NCBI GenBank assembly: GCA_016204035.1
Contig: JACQLN010000007.1
Coordinates: forward strand, 1-44,244
From: Parcubacteria group bacterium
GTDB lineage: Bacteria; Patescibacteriota; Minisyncoccia; JACQLN01
DNA length: 44,244 nucleotides
Reading direction: 5' to 3'
Below the pieces are notes generated by a model, which made no database searches, was not told where the DNA came from, and worked only from the letters and a program-made list of their open reading frames with translations. This document shows positions 15,021 to 23,744 of the stretch, piece by piece; within the stretch, counting starts at the first letter, position 1; each line of letters opens with the position of its first letter. A program made the position numbers and the translations under genes.

Positions 15021-17867
15021 ATGGTAGCCAAGATGATCTCACCTAGTTTCAAAAAAGAATTTGATTCTCTAAACCCCGAACAAAAACAAGCGGTAGAGAC
15101 AATTGACGGCCCGGTAATGGTGGTGGCCGGGCCGGGCACGGGCAAAACGCAAATTTTAACTTTGCGCATCGCCAATATTTTAGCTAAAACCGATGCCAAT
15201 CCCGATAATATTTTATCCTTGACTTTTACCGAAGCCGCCGCCGCCAATATGCGCCGCCGGCTCACCCAGCTTATCGGCACACCGGGTTATTACGTTAATA
15301 TCCATACTTTTCACGGATTCTGTCATAAACTGATACGCGAATATCCGGAAAATTTTCCGCGGATAATCGGCGGGACCGCGGCCACTCCCGCCGACCAGAT
15401 CGGACTTGTTAGAAAAATAATAGACTCTAATAAATTAAAATATCTAAAACCATTCGGCCATAAGCATTATTACATACCCGAAATTCTAAAAAGTGTCCGC
15501 CAATTAAAAAATGAAAATATTGATCCGGCGCAATTAAAAAAAACAGCCGGCTCGCCTAGGGTTGTAGAGTTGGCTTGGATCTATCAAAAATACGTTCAGG
15601 GGTTAGTTCAAAAAAAGAAGTATGATTTTGAAGATATGATTTTAGAAACCGTCAGCGCCTTAAGGTTAAACAAAAACTTTTTGCTGGACCTGCAGGAAAA
15701 GCACCAATATATATTGGTAGACGAACACCAAGACACCAACGGCGCCCAAAATAAAATCCTGGAACTTTTAGCCGGTTACGACCCCAACCCGAACCTGTTT
15801 GTGGTGGGCGACGAAAAACAGGCCATCTTCAGATTCCAGGGCGCCAGTTTGGAAAATTTTCTTTACTTTAAGCGTAAGTTTCCCCAAGCCAAAATAATCA
15901 ACTTAAAACACAATTATCGGTCGCGCCAACATATTTTAGACGCTTCGCACAGCTTGATAGAAAAAAACACCGCGGTGCTGGCCCTAACCAAATTGAAAGG
16001 CCAAACCACCGCGCCAGACGCGGTTTTGGGTAAGATTAAAATTGCTTCATTGGGCCAACCGGAAGCCGAATATATGTTTGTGTCGGAAAAAATCAAGGAA
16101 TTGATCAAACAAAAAACGCTCCCGGGCGAAATTGCCGTGTTATACAGAGAAAATAAAGATGCCCCGCCCCTGGCCGATTTTTTATCCCGCCACAACATAC
16201 CCCATGCCGTGGAATCAGACGAAAATATTTTAGATGATATTGAAATCAAAAAAATAAACGTTTTGCTTGAGGCCATAGCCAATTTCGGTAACGATGAAAA
16301 TCTTATAAAAGCCCTGCATCTTGATTTTTTAGGCGTTGATCCGATGACCTTTTACAAAACAACGGCCCGGAACGCATTAAGTTCCAACTTGGATATAATA
16401 AAAAAACTGGCCGGTTGGAAAAAGCTAAGCTATAATTCGGCTTTCCCTAATTTTTTTGAAATAATAATTAACGAATCCGGATTCTTAAAAAATATCCTGG
16501 CCCAACCGAGCTATTATTACAAATTAGACAAACTTAAAATCCTTTTTGGCGAGATTAAAAATCTCGCCGCGGCCGACCTTAATTACAGCTTAGCCGATTA
16601 CATAAAACATATTTCTTTACTTAAAGAGCATAACCTGCCTCTTCGCTCTAAAATTACTTCTCCAACCGGCGTTGTGCGTTTAATGACCGCCCATAAAGCC
16701 AAGGGTTTGGAATTCGATTATGTGTTTATAACCGGCGCTTACAACGGCCATTGGGGCAATAAAAGAAACATCCAACATTTTGAACTGCCGCTGGTAAACG
16801 CAACCACGGAAAATATTGCCGACAAAAATGAAGATGAACGACGGCTTTTTTATATGGCTCTCACCCGCGCTCGTAAAAATATATTTATAACCTATACCAC
16901 CTTATCTCCCGAAGCCAGAGAACAGGTTCCCAGCCAGTTTATAAACGAGATTCGGCCTGATCTTAAAGAAGAAATTGACCCTTCGCCTTATCTGGCTAAC
17001 CAAGGTCTGACCTTGATATCAAGGCCGGATCTTGATAGACCAAAAACAGACGAAAAAACCTTGGTTAAAGAGATATTTCTAAAGCATGGCCTTTCACCCA
17101 CCGCCTTAAACAATTATCTGGCCTGCCCTTGGCGTTTTTTCTACGTTAATCTCTTACGGATACCCAAGACCCCAAACCGTCACCAAATTTATGGCACTGC
17201 CAAACACAACACATTGCAGATATTTTTTGACGCTAAAAAAGAAAACAGCAAACTCGGAAGTAAATTTTTAATTGACGGTTTCACCGCCCAATTAAAAAAA
17301 ATCCCGCTGACTCCGGATGATTATCAAGTTTTGCGCCACCGCGGCCGTAAAAGTATACTGGCCTACTACAACTTCTATAAAAATAACTGGAACTACAAAA
17401 CCATAAACGAATTCAAAATCTCGGGCGTTGATTTTCTTATAAATAAAAAACAAACCGTCCGCCTAACAGGTAAACTGGACAAGATTGAACTTGATCCAAA
17501 AAATCGATCAGCCGCGGTGGTGGATTATAAAACCAAAACACCCGAGAGCCGAAACTGGATTTTGGGACAAACCAAAAACTCCAACGGCGACTATTTTAGG
17601 CAATTGGTTTTTTATAAACTTTTAACCGATTCCCTGGCTTCAAAAAAATTTGAAATGGATTTTGGTGTTATAGACTTTACCGAGCCCGATACCCAAGGGC
17701 GCTTTAGAAAAGAAACTTTTCAAATCTCTAACGCCGATGTTGCGTTGTTAAAAGAAACCATCGCCCGCGCGAGCGATGAAATTATAAATCTAAAATTTTG
17801 GGATTCCCGTTGTAACCAAAAAGACTGCGAATTTTGCGAATTACGGGAACTGATGAGGAAAAAATAA
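15021..17867 (+). CDS. UvrD/PcrA-type superfamily 1 helicase fused to a C-terminal PD-(D/E)xK (Cas4/AddB-like, Cys-cluster) nuclease
   Basis: 948 aa. Helicase motifs are AGPGTGKT, DEHQDTN, VGDEKQAIFRFQGA and TAHKAKGLEFD. The C-terminus has CPWRFF, VVDYKT, QLVFY and CNQKDCEFC. Confidence 0.85.
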   Translation: MVAKMISPSFKKEFDSLNPEQKQAVETIDGPVMVVAGPGTGKTQILTLRIANILAKTDANPDNILSLTFTEAAAANMRRRLTQLIGTPGYYVNIHTFHGFCHKLIREYPENFPRIIGGTAATPADQIGLVRKIIDSNKLKYLKPFGHKHYYIPEILKSVRQLKNENIDPAQLKKTAGSPRVVELAWIYQKYVQGLVQKKKYDFEDMILETVSALRLNKNFLLDLQEKHQYILVDEHQDTNGAQNKILELLAGYDPNPNLFVVGDEKQAIFRFQGASLENFLYFKRKFPQAKIINLKHNYRSRQHILDASHSLIEKNTAVLALTKLKGQTTAPDAVLGKIKIASLGQPEAEYMFVSEKIKELIKQKTLPGEIAVLYRENKDAPPLADFLSRHNIPHAVESDENILDDIEIKKINVLLEAIANFGNDENLIKALHLDFLGVDPMTFYKTTARNALSSNLDIIKKLAGWKKLSYNSAFPNFFEIIINESGFLKNILAQPSYYYKLDKLKILFGEIKNLAAADLNYSLADYIKHISLLKEHNLPLRSKITSPTGVVRLMTAHKAKGLEFDYVFITGAYNGHWGNKRNIQHFELPLVNATTENIADKNEDERRLFYMALTRARKNIFITYTTLSPEAREQVPSQFINEIRPDLKEEIDPSPYLANQGLTLISRPDLDRPKTDEKTLVKEIFLKHGLSPTALNNYLACPWRFFYVNLLRIPKTPNRHQIYGTAKHNTLQIFFDAKKENSKLGSKFLIDGFTAQLKKIPLTPDDYQVLRHRGRKSILAYYNFYKNNWNYKTINEFKISGVDFLINKKQTVRLTGKLDKIELDPKNRSAAVVDYKTKTPESRNWILGQTKNSNGDYFRQLVFYKLLTDSLASKKFEMDFGVIDFTEPDTQGRFRKETFQISNADVALLKETIARASDEIINLKFWDSRCNQKDCEFCELRELMRKK

Positions 17868-17964
17868 AAACATCATTCCGAGCGACTTCAAGGAGGTTCC
17901 AGTTAAATTATAAAGAGGGAGGATGGAAGAGCCCCTCCTTGCAGGAGCGAGGGGTGATGTTTTT
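17866..17964. repeat. Structured intergenic element, type 1, copy B, between convergent genes
   Basis: Closing stem AAAAACATCATTCC/GGGGTGATGTTTTT (two T.G pairs) with T-runs on both sides. It could terminate both the helicase gene and rpoD. Confidence 0.9.
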
Positions 17965-17972
17965 ATGCAAAG

Positions 17973-19172
17973 CTAATATTCTTTTAACTTTTGTATCCTC
18001 TCGTGCGCGCGAATTTTGTCTAAGGCCTTGGCTTCTATTTGACGGATGCGCTCGCGGGTTACGCCAAACTCTTTGCCCACCTCCTCAAGCGTATGCGTGG
18101 CTCCATCTTCCAAACCAAAACGCATCTGCAGAATTTTTTGTTCGCGGGGCGAAAGATCGGTAATAATTTCTTTTATTTGATCGCGCAACAGTTGATGCGC
18201 CGCCACCTGCGAAGGCAATAAAGTTTTTTCGTCTTCAATAAGTTCGCCTAAAGTGCTATCTTCGTCGCTGTCGCCCACCGGAGATTCCAACGACACGGCC
18301 TCCTGGGTTATTTTTTGGATATGGCGAACCTTGGTAACGTCAATATCCATTTCCTGGGCGATCTCTTCGGCCAATGGTTCGCGGCCCAAATCCTGCAACA
18401 ACCGCCGCTTAACCTGGGTATATTTGGAAATAGTTTCCACCATATGCACCGGAATACGGATGGTGCGGGCCTGATCGGCCAAGGCCCGGGTAACCGCCTG
18501 GCGGATCCACCAGGTGGCATAAGTGGAAAATTTATAACCCTTGCGGTAATCAAATTTTTCCACGGCCTTGGTTAAACCGATATTGCCCTCTTGAATCAAA
18601 TCTAAAAGGGTTAAGTGCGAACTCCGCCCCACGTATTTTTTGGCAATGGAAACCACTAAGCGTAAATTGGCCTGGGTCAGTTTTTGGCGGGCGTCTTCGT
18701 CGTTTTTTTCTATCCGTTTGGCCAATTCCACTTCTTCCGGACCGCGCAACAACGGCACCCGGCCGATTTCACGCAAATAAATTTGCACGGAATCATAAAC
18801 CGGCCCGGTACCGGCCCCGGTCTCGCTTTTCTTAAGCCGTTCTTTGTCGGGCGGCGCCACCGCAAGCCGTTCTTGGGAACCTACCACTTTTATATTTAAG
18901 GTTTCCAGGTGCCGGTACAGATGTTCCAAACCGGAAATATCTTCTTCTATATTGGGAAAGGTTTGGATAATTTCGGATTCCGTGATAAAACCCCGGCTCC
19001 GGCCCCGCCTAACAATATCGGCTAATTTTTCTTCGGTAACAATAGAGGGCTTGGTTTTGGAACGAGTGTGTTTTTTAGGCCTGATTTTGGTTGAATGCTT
19101 TTTAGCCGGCCGGGACGGTTTATTTTTTTTAATAAAACGGCGCGATTTATTTTTACGTTTATTTTTTTTCAT
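17973..19172 (-). CDS. rpoD: Primary RNA polymerase sigma factor
   Basis: 399 aa with regions 1.2 to 4.2 ([41 protein letters not shown]) and a basic N-terminal tail. Confidence 0.9.
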   Translation of the reverse strand: MKKNKRKNKSRRFIKKNKPSRPAKKHSTKIRPKKHTRSKTKPSIVTEEKLADIVRRGRSRGFITESEIIQTFPNIEEDISGLEHLYRHLETLNIKVVGSQERLAVAPPDKERLKKSETGAGTGPVYDSVQIYLREIGRVPLLRGPEEVELAKRIEKNDEDARQKLTQANLRLVVSIAKKYVGRSSHLTLLDLIQEGNIGLTKAVEKFDYRKGYKFSTYATWWIRQAVTRALADQARTIRIPVHMVETISKYTQVKRRLLQDLGREPLAEEIAQEMDIDVTKVRHIQKITQEAVSLESPVGDSDEDSTLGELIEDEKTLLPSQVAAHQLLRDQIKEIITDLSPREQKILQMRFGLEDGATHTLEEVGKEFGVTRERIRQIEAKALDKIRAHERIQKLKEY

Positions 19173-19320
19173 ATTTTGTTCGTGAGCGTTAGCGAGCGAT
19201 TACCCGCCTGCCTTGAGTTCGCCGCTATGTTGCCACTGATGATATAACCTTATTGCAACCATCAATCATCTTTGACAACAATATGCTCAAGGCGAAGTCG
19301 GGCAGGCAAAATATAGATAA

Positions 19321-21132
19321 TTATAACTCGGATAATTTTTTAGAACTTTCGCTGAACTCTTTAAGCAAAAGTTCCAAAGCCGCCGCGTCGGATGCGGTTT
19401 CGGCTTTTTTAATATCGGTTTGGATCAACTTGAGTTTAGATTGTAAATACTGTTTTTTTAAGCCCTTTAGAGTTTGGACAAATTCGGCCTCCGGATCAAT
19501 ATTAAAATCAACCAACATTTCGCTCATAAGAACTATGGACGAAGGGGTTGTGTCCGGAATTGTTTTTCCTGAATCTGCCGCCAGACTTTTGGCCAATGAA
19601 AATAATTCGGGGCGGGAAAAGAGTTCCATTTCCTCGTCGCCCAAGCGGCTCTTTAAGTCTGGGTATCTTATTAATAAAGATAGCAGATATTCTTCTTGAC
19701 GCCAACCCGCGAGATTGTGCCGGCCTTCCGGCTTAGCCGCTAAAACGCCGACGGGCTGGCTTGATCCAGAATCCTGAACAGGTAAACGTTTTATTTCCGC
19801 GGCTAAAATTTCTTTGCCAACCTCCGCGCGGCGCGACAGTTCTTCCAACCAATAATCCCTCTCTAAAGGCGAAACTATACTTTTTATAAAAGGCAAAACA
19901 TTAGATAAAACAATTCTTTTGGCTTCCAGTGTTCCCGTGAAACCGCGCAAAGACCGATTCATTATATGTTCCAGGTACGGCACTGGATTGGCCGCGACTT
20001 TAAGCCACGAATCTGGATCTTCTTTAACGGCATCGGCGGTGTCCTTGCCTAAAGGGATGGAAATTACCGACACATTAAGCCCGGCCGACATGGCTAAAAC
20101 GACTCCTTTTTTTAAGGCATTATCGCCGGCTTCATCGGCGTCAAAGGCCAGATTCAATTTCTCGGTGTACCTTTTTATAATACGGGTATGGGCCACAGTT
20201 AAAGCCGTGCCGCAGGTGGCCACCGCGTTCTTGACTCCGGCCTGGTGCGACATAATCACATCTAAAGTGCCTTCCACCAAAATACAGCCGGCATCCCTAA
20301 AATAAGTTTTGGCCTTATCCAAACCGTAAAGCAATTGGGATTTGTCGTAAAGAATCGTGCCGGGAGTATTAACATACTTGCCGGCATCGGCATGAACGGT
20401 TTGGCTTTTTATTTTTTCAAAAATACGGCCGGTAAAACCCACCACCTGGCTCTGGCTCGTGGTTATGGGAAACATAAGGCGGTGCCGAAACCGATCGTGA
20501 TATCTTGACGCGGATTCGCGCGGATCTTGACGCGGATTTACGCTGATATTTCCATCGGCGTTGATCCGCGTATCCATCGGCGTTGATCCGCGTTCAACAG
20601 CAAGACCGGCCGCCGTTATTTCTTTGTCTTCGTAACCCTCGGAATTCAAAAAATTTGTCAGCGACTGCCAAGTATCGGGCGCCCAACCGATCCTAAAATT
20701 TTTAACGGATTCGGGTGTAAGACCCCTGTCTTTAAGATAACCCGCGGCCTGGCGGCCGGTTTGGGACATCAGCTGGCGTTCAAAAAATTTGGCCGCGAGT
20801 TCGCAAATTTCATACATCCGCTTGCGCTGGGAATTTAGTTGGGGATCCTGTTTGGCCAGTTTGACGCCGGCGCGTTCGGCCAACAGGCGCAAAACGTCGG
20901 GAAACTCCAAACCCTCCATTTTGGAAACAAATGAAAAAATATCCCCGCCTTCGCCGCAACCAAAACAGTGCCACATTTGGCGCGCGGGAGTTACCACAAA
21001 CGACGGCGTTTTTTCGTTATGGAAAGGGCATAAACCCCTCCAGTAAGCGCCGGCCTTTTGCAGTTTTAGATACCCTTGGATAACTTCGGCCACATCCAAA
21101 CGGCTTTTGATTTCCTCGGTGGAAGACATCAT
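19321..21132 (-). CDS. dnaG: DNA primase
   Basis: 603 aa with the Zn finger CPFHNEKTPSF...CFGCG, DRFRHRLMFPI, and a TOPRIM region (ILVEGTLD, FDADEAG). Confidence 0.9.
   Translation of the reverse strand: MMSSTEEIKSRLDVAEVIQGYLKLQKAGAYWRGLCPFHNEKTPSFVVTPARQMWHCFGCGEGGDIFSFVSKMEGLEFPDVLRLLAERAGVKLAKQDPQLNSQRKRMYEICELAAKFFERQLMSQTGRQAAGYLKDRGLTPESVKNFRIGWAPDTWQSLTNFLNSEGYEDKEITAAGLAVERGSTPMDTRINADGNISVNPRQDPRESASRYHDRFRHRLMFPITTSQSQVVGFTGRIFEKIKSQTVHADAGKYVNTPGTILYDKSQLLYGLDKAKTYFRDAGCILVEGTLDVIMSHQAGVKNAVATCGTALTVAHTRIIKRYTEKLNLAFDADEAGDNALKKGVVLAMSAGLNVSVISIPLGKDTADAVKEDPDSWLKVAANPVPYLEHIMNRSLRGFTGTLEAKRIVLSNVLPFIKSIVSPLERDYWLEELSRRAEVGKEILAAEIKRLPVQDSGSSQPVGVLAAKPEGRHNLAGWRQEEYLLSLLIRYPDLKSRLGDEEMELFSRPELFSLAKSLAADSGKTIPDTTPSSIVLMSEMLVDFNIDPEAEFVQTLKGLKKQYLQSKLKLIQTDIKKAETASDAAALELLLKEFSESSKKLSEL
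20504..20595. repeat. Hairpin-repeat insertion, in frame within dnaG
   Basis: Tandem TCCATCGGCGTTGATCCGCGT x2 (20551-20571 and 20573-20593) plus three inverted ACGCGGAT-type (GCGCGGAT in the middle copy) units. It encodes ...STPMDTRINADGNISVNPRQDPRESAS... just before the conserved YxDRFRxRxMFPI block. Confidence 0.8.
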
Positions 21133-21190
21133 CTTATTAATCGCATTATGAATCAGTAATTGAAAATTATAAAGCCCAATAACATTAAAG

Positions 21191-21219
21191 TTGACCGTAT
21201 GGGTGATATTTGATATGCT
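21191..21219 (+). promoter_or_regulatory. Promoter of rpsF-ssb-rpsR giving a leaderless or near-leaderless mRNA
   Basis: TTGACC, 17-nt spacer, TATGCT, then 7 nt to the ATG at 21227. Confidence 0.55.
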
Positions 21220-21226
21220 CGGGGCA

Positions 21227-21685
21227 ATGAAACTCTACGAAATACACGCTGTTTTGAAACCTGCCTTGGACGAAACGGCTGTAAACAACATCATTTCCAA
21301 TCTGGGTGAAACTTTGGCTAAAAGCGGTTTTAGCATAAGTTCGTCCGCCACCAAACCCAACGAATACTTAACCTATCCCATTAAGCATTTTAAGACGGGG
21401 CATATTGTTAATGTAGAAATATCCGGACCGGAAGAAAATGTTTTACCGGAAGAAGCGACGGCTAAAATCAAAAACAATGAAAATGTTTTAAGATGCCTGA
21501 CTTTCACAAAATCGGAACAAGCGCTTAGAAAAATCAGGGCGTTTCCTTCTTTTGATCAGAACCGCAGCCATAGAGAAACGCGCGCGCCCGCAATAACCGA
21601 ACCGGCCGCCGGCCCGGCCTCCCCGCCGACCCCGCCGGTTAATATTGAAGAGGTTGATAAAAAATTGGAAGAATTACTCAAATAG
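21227..21685 (+). CDS. rpsF: 30S ribosomal protein S6 with a Pro/Ala-rich C-terminal extension
   Basis: MKLYEIHAVLKP... is a typical S6 start. The track ORF begins earlier at a TTG that is itself the -35 box. Confidence 0.85.
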   Translation: MKLYEIHAVLKPALDETAVNNIISNLGETLAKSGFSISSSATKPNEYLTYPIKHFKTGHIVNVEISGPEENVLPEEATAKIKNNENVLRCLTFTKSEQALRKIRAFPSFDQNRSHRETRAPAITEPAAGPASPPTPPVNIEEVDKKLEELLK

Positions 21686-21760
21686 CAAAACTAGCTTCTT
21701 AGCTTGCTAGCTTTCTAGAAAACTCCTAAAAAGCTAAAAGCTGGAAGCTAAAAGCTAAAA

Positions 21761-22237
21761 ATGAATCTCAACAAAATCTTCATCGTCGGCAATCTAACCC
21801 GCGACCCGGAAGTGCGGGCTTTGCCTTCGGGCCAAAACGTGGTTAACTTTGCGGTGGCCACCAACAGGATCTGGAATAAAGACGGCCAGAAACAGCAAGA
21901 TACCCAATACCATAACGTGGTGGTGTTTGGCCGAATGGCCGACACTTGCGCCAAATACCTTTTTAAGGGCAAAATGGTGCTGGTGGAAGGCCGCATCCAA
22001 AACCGCAGCTGGGACGCCCCGGACGGCACTAAAAAGTATAGAACCGAGATTGTGGCCGAAGGTATTCAACTAGGACCGCGCACCGGCCAGGAAACAGGCG
22101 CCGCGTTGAGTTCTTCAAGTACTTCCAGATCGGCGCCGTCGGTTGCCAAAACCGCGACTCCAAAAGAAGACAAAGAAGAAATACCTATAATAGAGCAGGA
22201 TTCGGAAGAGGTTAATGTCTCTGATATACCTTTCTAA
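21761..22237 (+). CDS. ssb: Single-stranded DNA-binding protein
   Basis: 158 aa with an OB fold (MNLNKIFIVGNLTRDPE) and the acidic tip ending DIPF. Confidence 0.95.
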   Translation: MNLNKIFIVGNLTRDPEVRALPSGQNVVNFAVATNRIWNKDGQKQQDTQYHNVVVFGRMADTCAKYLFKGKMVLVEGRIQNRSWDAPDGTKKYRTEIVAEGIQLGPRTGQETGAALSSSSTSRSAPSVAKTATPKEDKEEIPIIEQDSEEVNVSDIPF

Positions 22238-22243
22238 TAAGTT

Positions 22244-22489
22244 ATGTATAAACCGCAAAATAAAAATAAAAAAAGAAACGAAGTTAAACAATGTTATTTT
22301 TGCACCAACGACATTGAGGTCTTTGATTTTAAGGATGTGGCCCTGCTTAAAAACTTTTTAACTCACCAGTATAAAATCGCCTCAAGAAGCCGCACCGGCA
22401 ACTGTTCCAAACACCAGCGCCAGGTAGCCAACGCCATCAAGCGTTCCCGCATCGCCGCCTTGCTGCCTTTTACTCAACATCAGCGTTAA
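22244..22489 (+). CDS. rpsR: 30S ribosomal protein S18
   Basis: 81 aa: CYFC..., ITGNCSKHQRQVANAIKRSR-like motif. Confidence 0.9.
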   Translation: MYKPQNKNKKRNEVKQCYFCTNDIEVFDFKDVALLKNFLTHQYKIASRSRTGNCSKHQRQVANAIKRSRIAALLPFTQHQR

Positions 22490-22503
22490 TAATTCTTCGC
22501 CTT

Positions 22504-22534
22504 GGCCTAAGCTAAGCTTAGGCCAAAAGTGGAT
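22504..22534. repeat. 31-bp hairpin repeat, copy 2 (inverted relative to 12732-12762)
   Basis: GGCCTAAGCTAAGCTTAGGCCAAAAGTGGAT. Confidence 0.9.
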
Positions 22535-22540
22535 AAGTCA

Positions 22541-22575
22541 AAAATTAAAAAGGGCTCCGACGTTACGTCGGAGCC
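22541..22575 (-). terminator. Rho-independent terminator of recA
   Basis: - strand: GGGCUCCGACG-UAA-CGUCGGAGCCC followed by UUUUUAAUUU. Confidence 0.8.
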
Positions 22576-22603
22576 CTCTGATTGTTTTATCAAACAGGCA
22601 ATC

Positions 22604-23641
22604 TTAAACAATCTGCGCTTCGGCCGCTTTTTTTCTTATACCAACGACAATGTCAGCGAAGACTTTGGGATTCTCTTTAAGGTAGCCCACCGAGGCCTCG
22701 GTGCCCTGGCCGATCTTTTCACCGTTGTACTGGAACCACGAACCGGATTTGTCTAAAACCCCCAAGCGCACGCCGGTTTGCAAAACGTCGGCTAAGCTGG
22801 CCACACCCTGGTTGTACATAATATCAAACTCAGCCTGCTTGAAAGGCGCGGCCACTTTGTTTTTTACCACTTTAACGCGCACGCGATTGCCCACGATCTC
22901 GTCTTTGTTTTTTAACTGGGCGATGCGGCGGATGTCCATTCTGACCGAAGAGAAAAACTTAAGCGCGTTGCCGCCGGGCGTGGTTTCGGGATTGCCGAAC
23001 ATTATGCCTAATTTCATTCTGATTTGATTGGTGAAAATAACCGTGGTACCGGATTTAGCGGCCAGATTAGTAACCTTGCGCAGGGCTTTAGACATCAGCC
23101 GCGCCTGCAGACCCATCTGCATATCGCCCATCTCGCCTTCTATTTCGGCCTGGGGCGTTAAGGCCGCCACAGAATCAATCACGATCACGGCCACCCGGCC
23201 CGACTTTACCAACGCCTCCATAATATCCAAGGCCTGTTCGCCGTTATCGGGCTGGGAGATTAAAAGATTATCCACGTTTACGCCGATCTTTCTGGCATAA
23301 TCGGGATCCAGGGCATGCTCGGCGTCTATAAAAGCGGCCAAGCCCCCGCGGCGTTGGGCTTCGGCCACCACATGCAAAGTTAAAGTGGTCTTGCCCGAAC
23401 TTTCCGGCCCGTAGATTTCCACGATCCGGCCTTTGGGTATGCCACCCACGCCTAAAGCCAAGTCCAGTGAGATGGATCCGGTGGGTATAGCATCCACATC
23501 CACTTTTTGGGCCTGACCCAAAACCATAATGGAGCCCTCGCCAAAACGCTCTTTGATTTCTTTGACGGTTTCTTGAAGCGCTTTGGAACTTATCGCGCTT
23601 TTATCATCAACCTTCTCGTCAACTGTTTTTTTAGCAGCCAT
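22604..23641 (-). CDS. recA: Recombinase A
   Basis: 345 aa: [26 protein letters not shown]. Confidence 0.97.
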   Translation of the reverse strand: MAAKKTVDEKVDDKSAISSKALQETVKEIKERFGEGSIMVLGQAQKVDVDAIPTGSISLDLALGVGGIPKGRIVEIYGPESSGKTTLTLHVVAEAQRRGGLAAFIDAEHALDPDYARKIGVNVDNLLISQPDNGEQALDIMEALVKSGRVAVIVIDSVAALTPQAEIEGEMGDMQMGLQARLMSKALRKVTNLAAKSGTTVIFTNQIRMKLGIMFGNPETTPGGNALKFFSSVRMDIRRIAQLKNKDEIVGNRVRVKVVKNKVAAPFKQAEFDIMYNQGVASLADVLQTGVRLGVLDKSGSWFQYNGEKIGQGTEASVGYLKENPKVFADIVVGIRKKAAEAQIV

Positions 23642-23744
23642 ATTTTCAAATTTCTAATGACTAATATCTAATTCCTAATCAATATCTAACGACCAAACAC
23701 TTAATAATTTATTTAGTCATTGATTAGGCATTAGTAATTAGAAA

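Noticed and set aside
17834-18163. 109-aa ORF, and the 201-aa ORF at 29876-30481, both containing RRFQLNYKEGGWKSPSLQERG
   Set aside because: The shared peptide is the translation of the type 1 intergenic element. The rest is antisense to rpoD or mreC.
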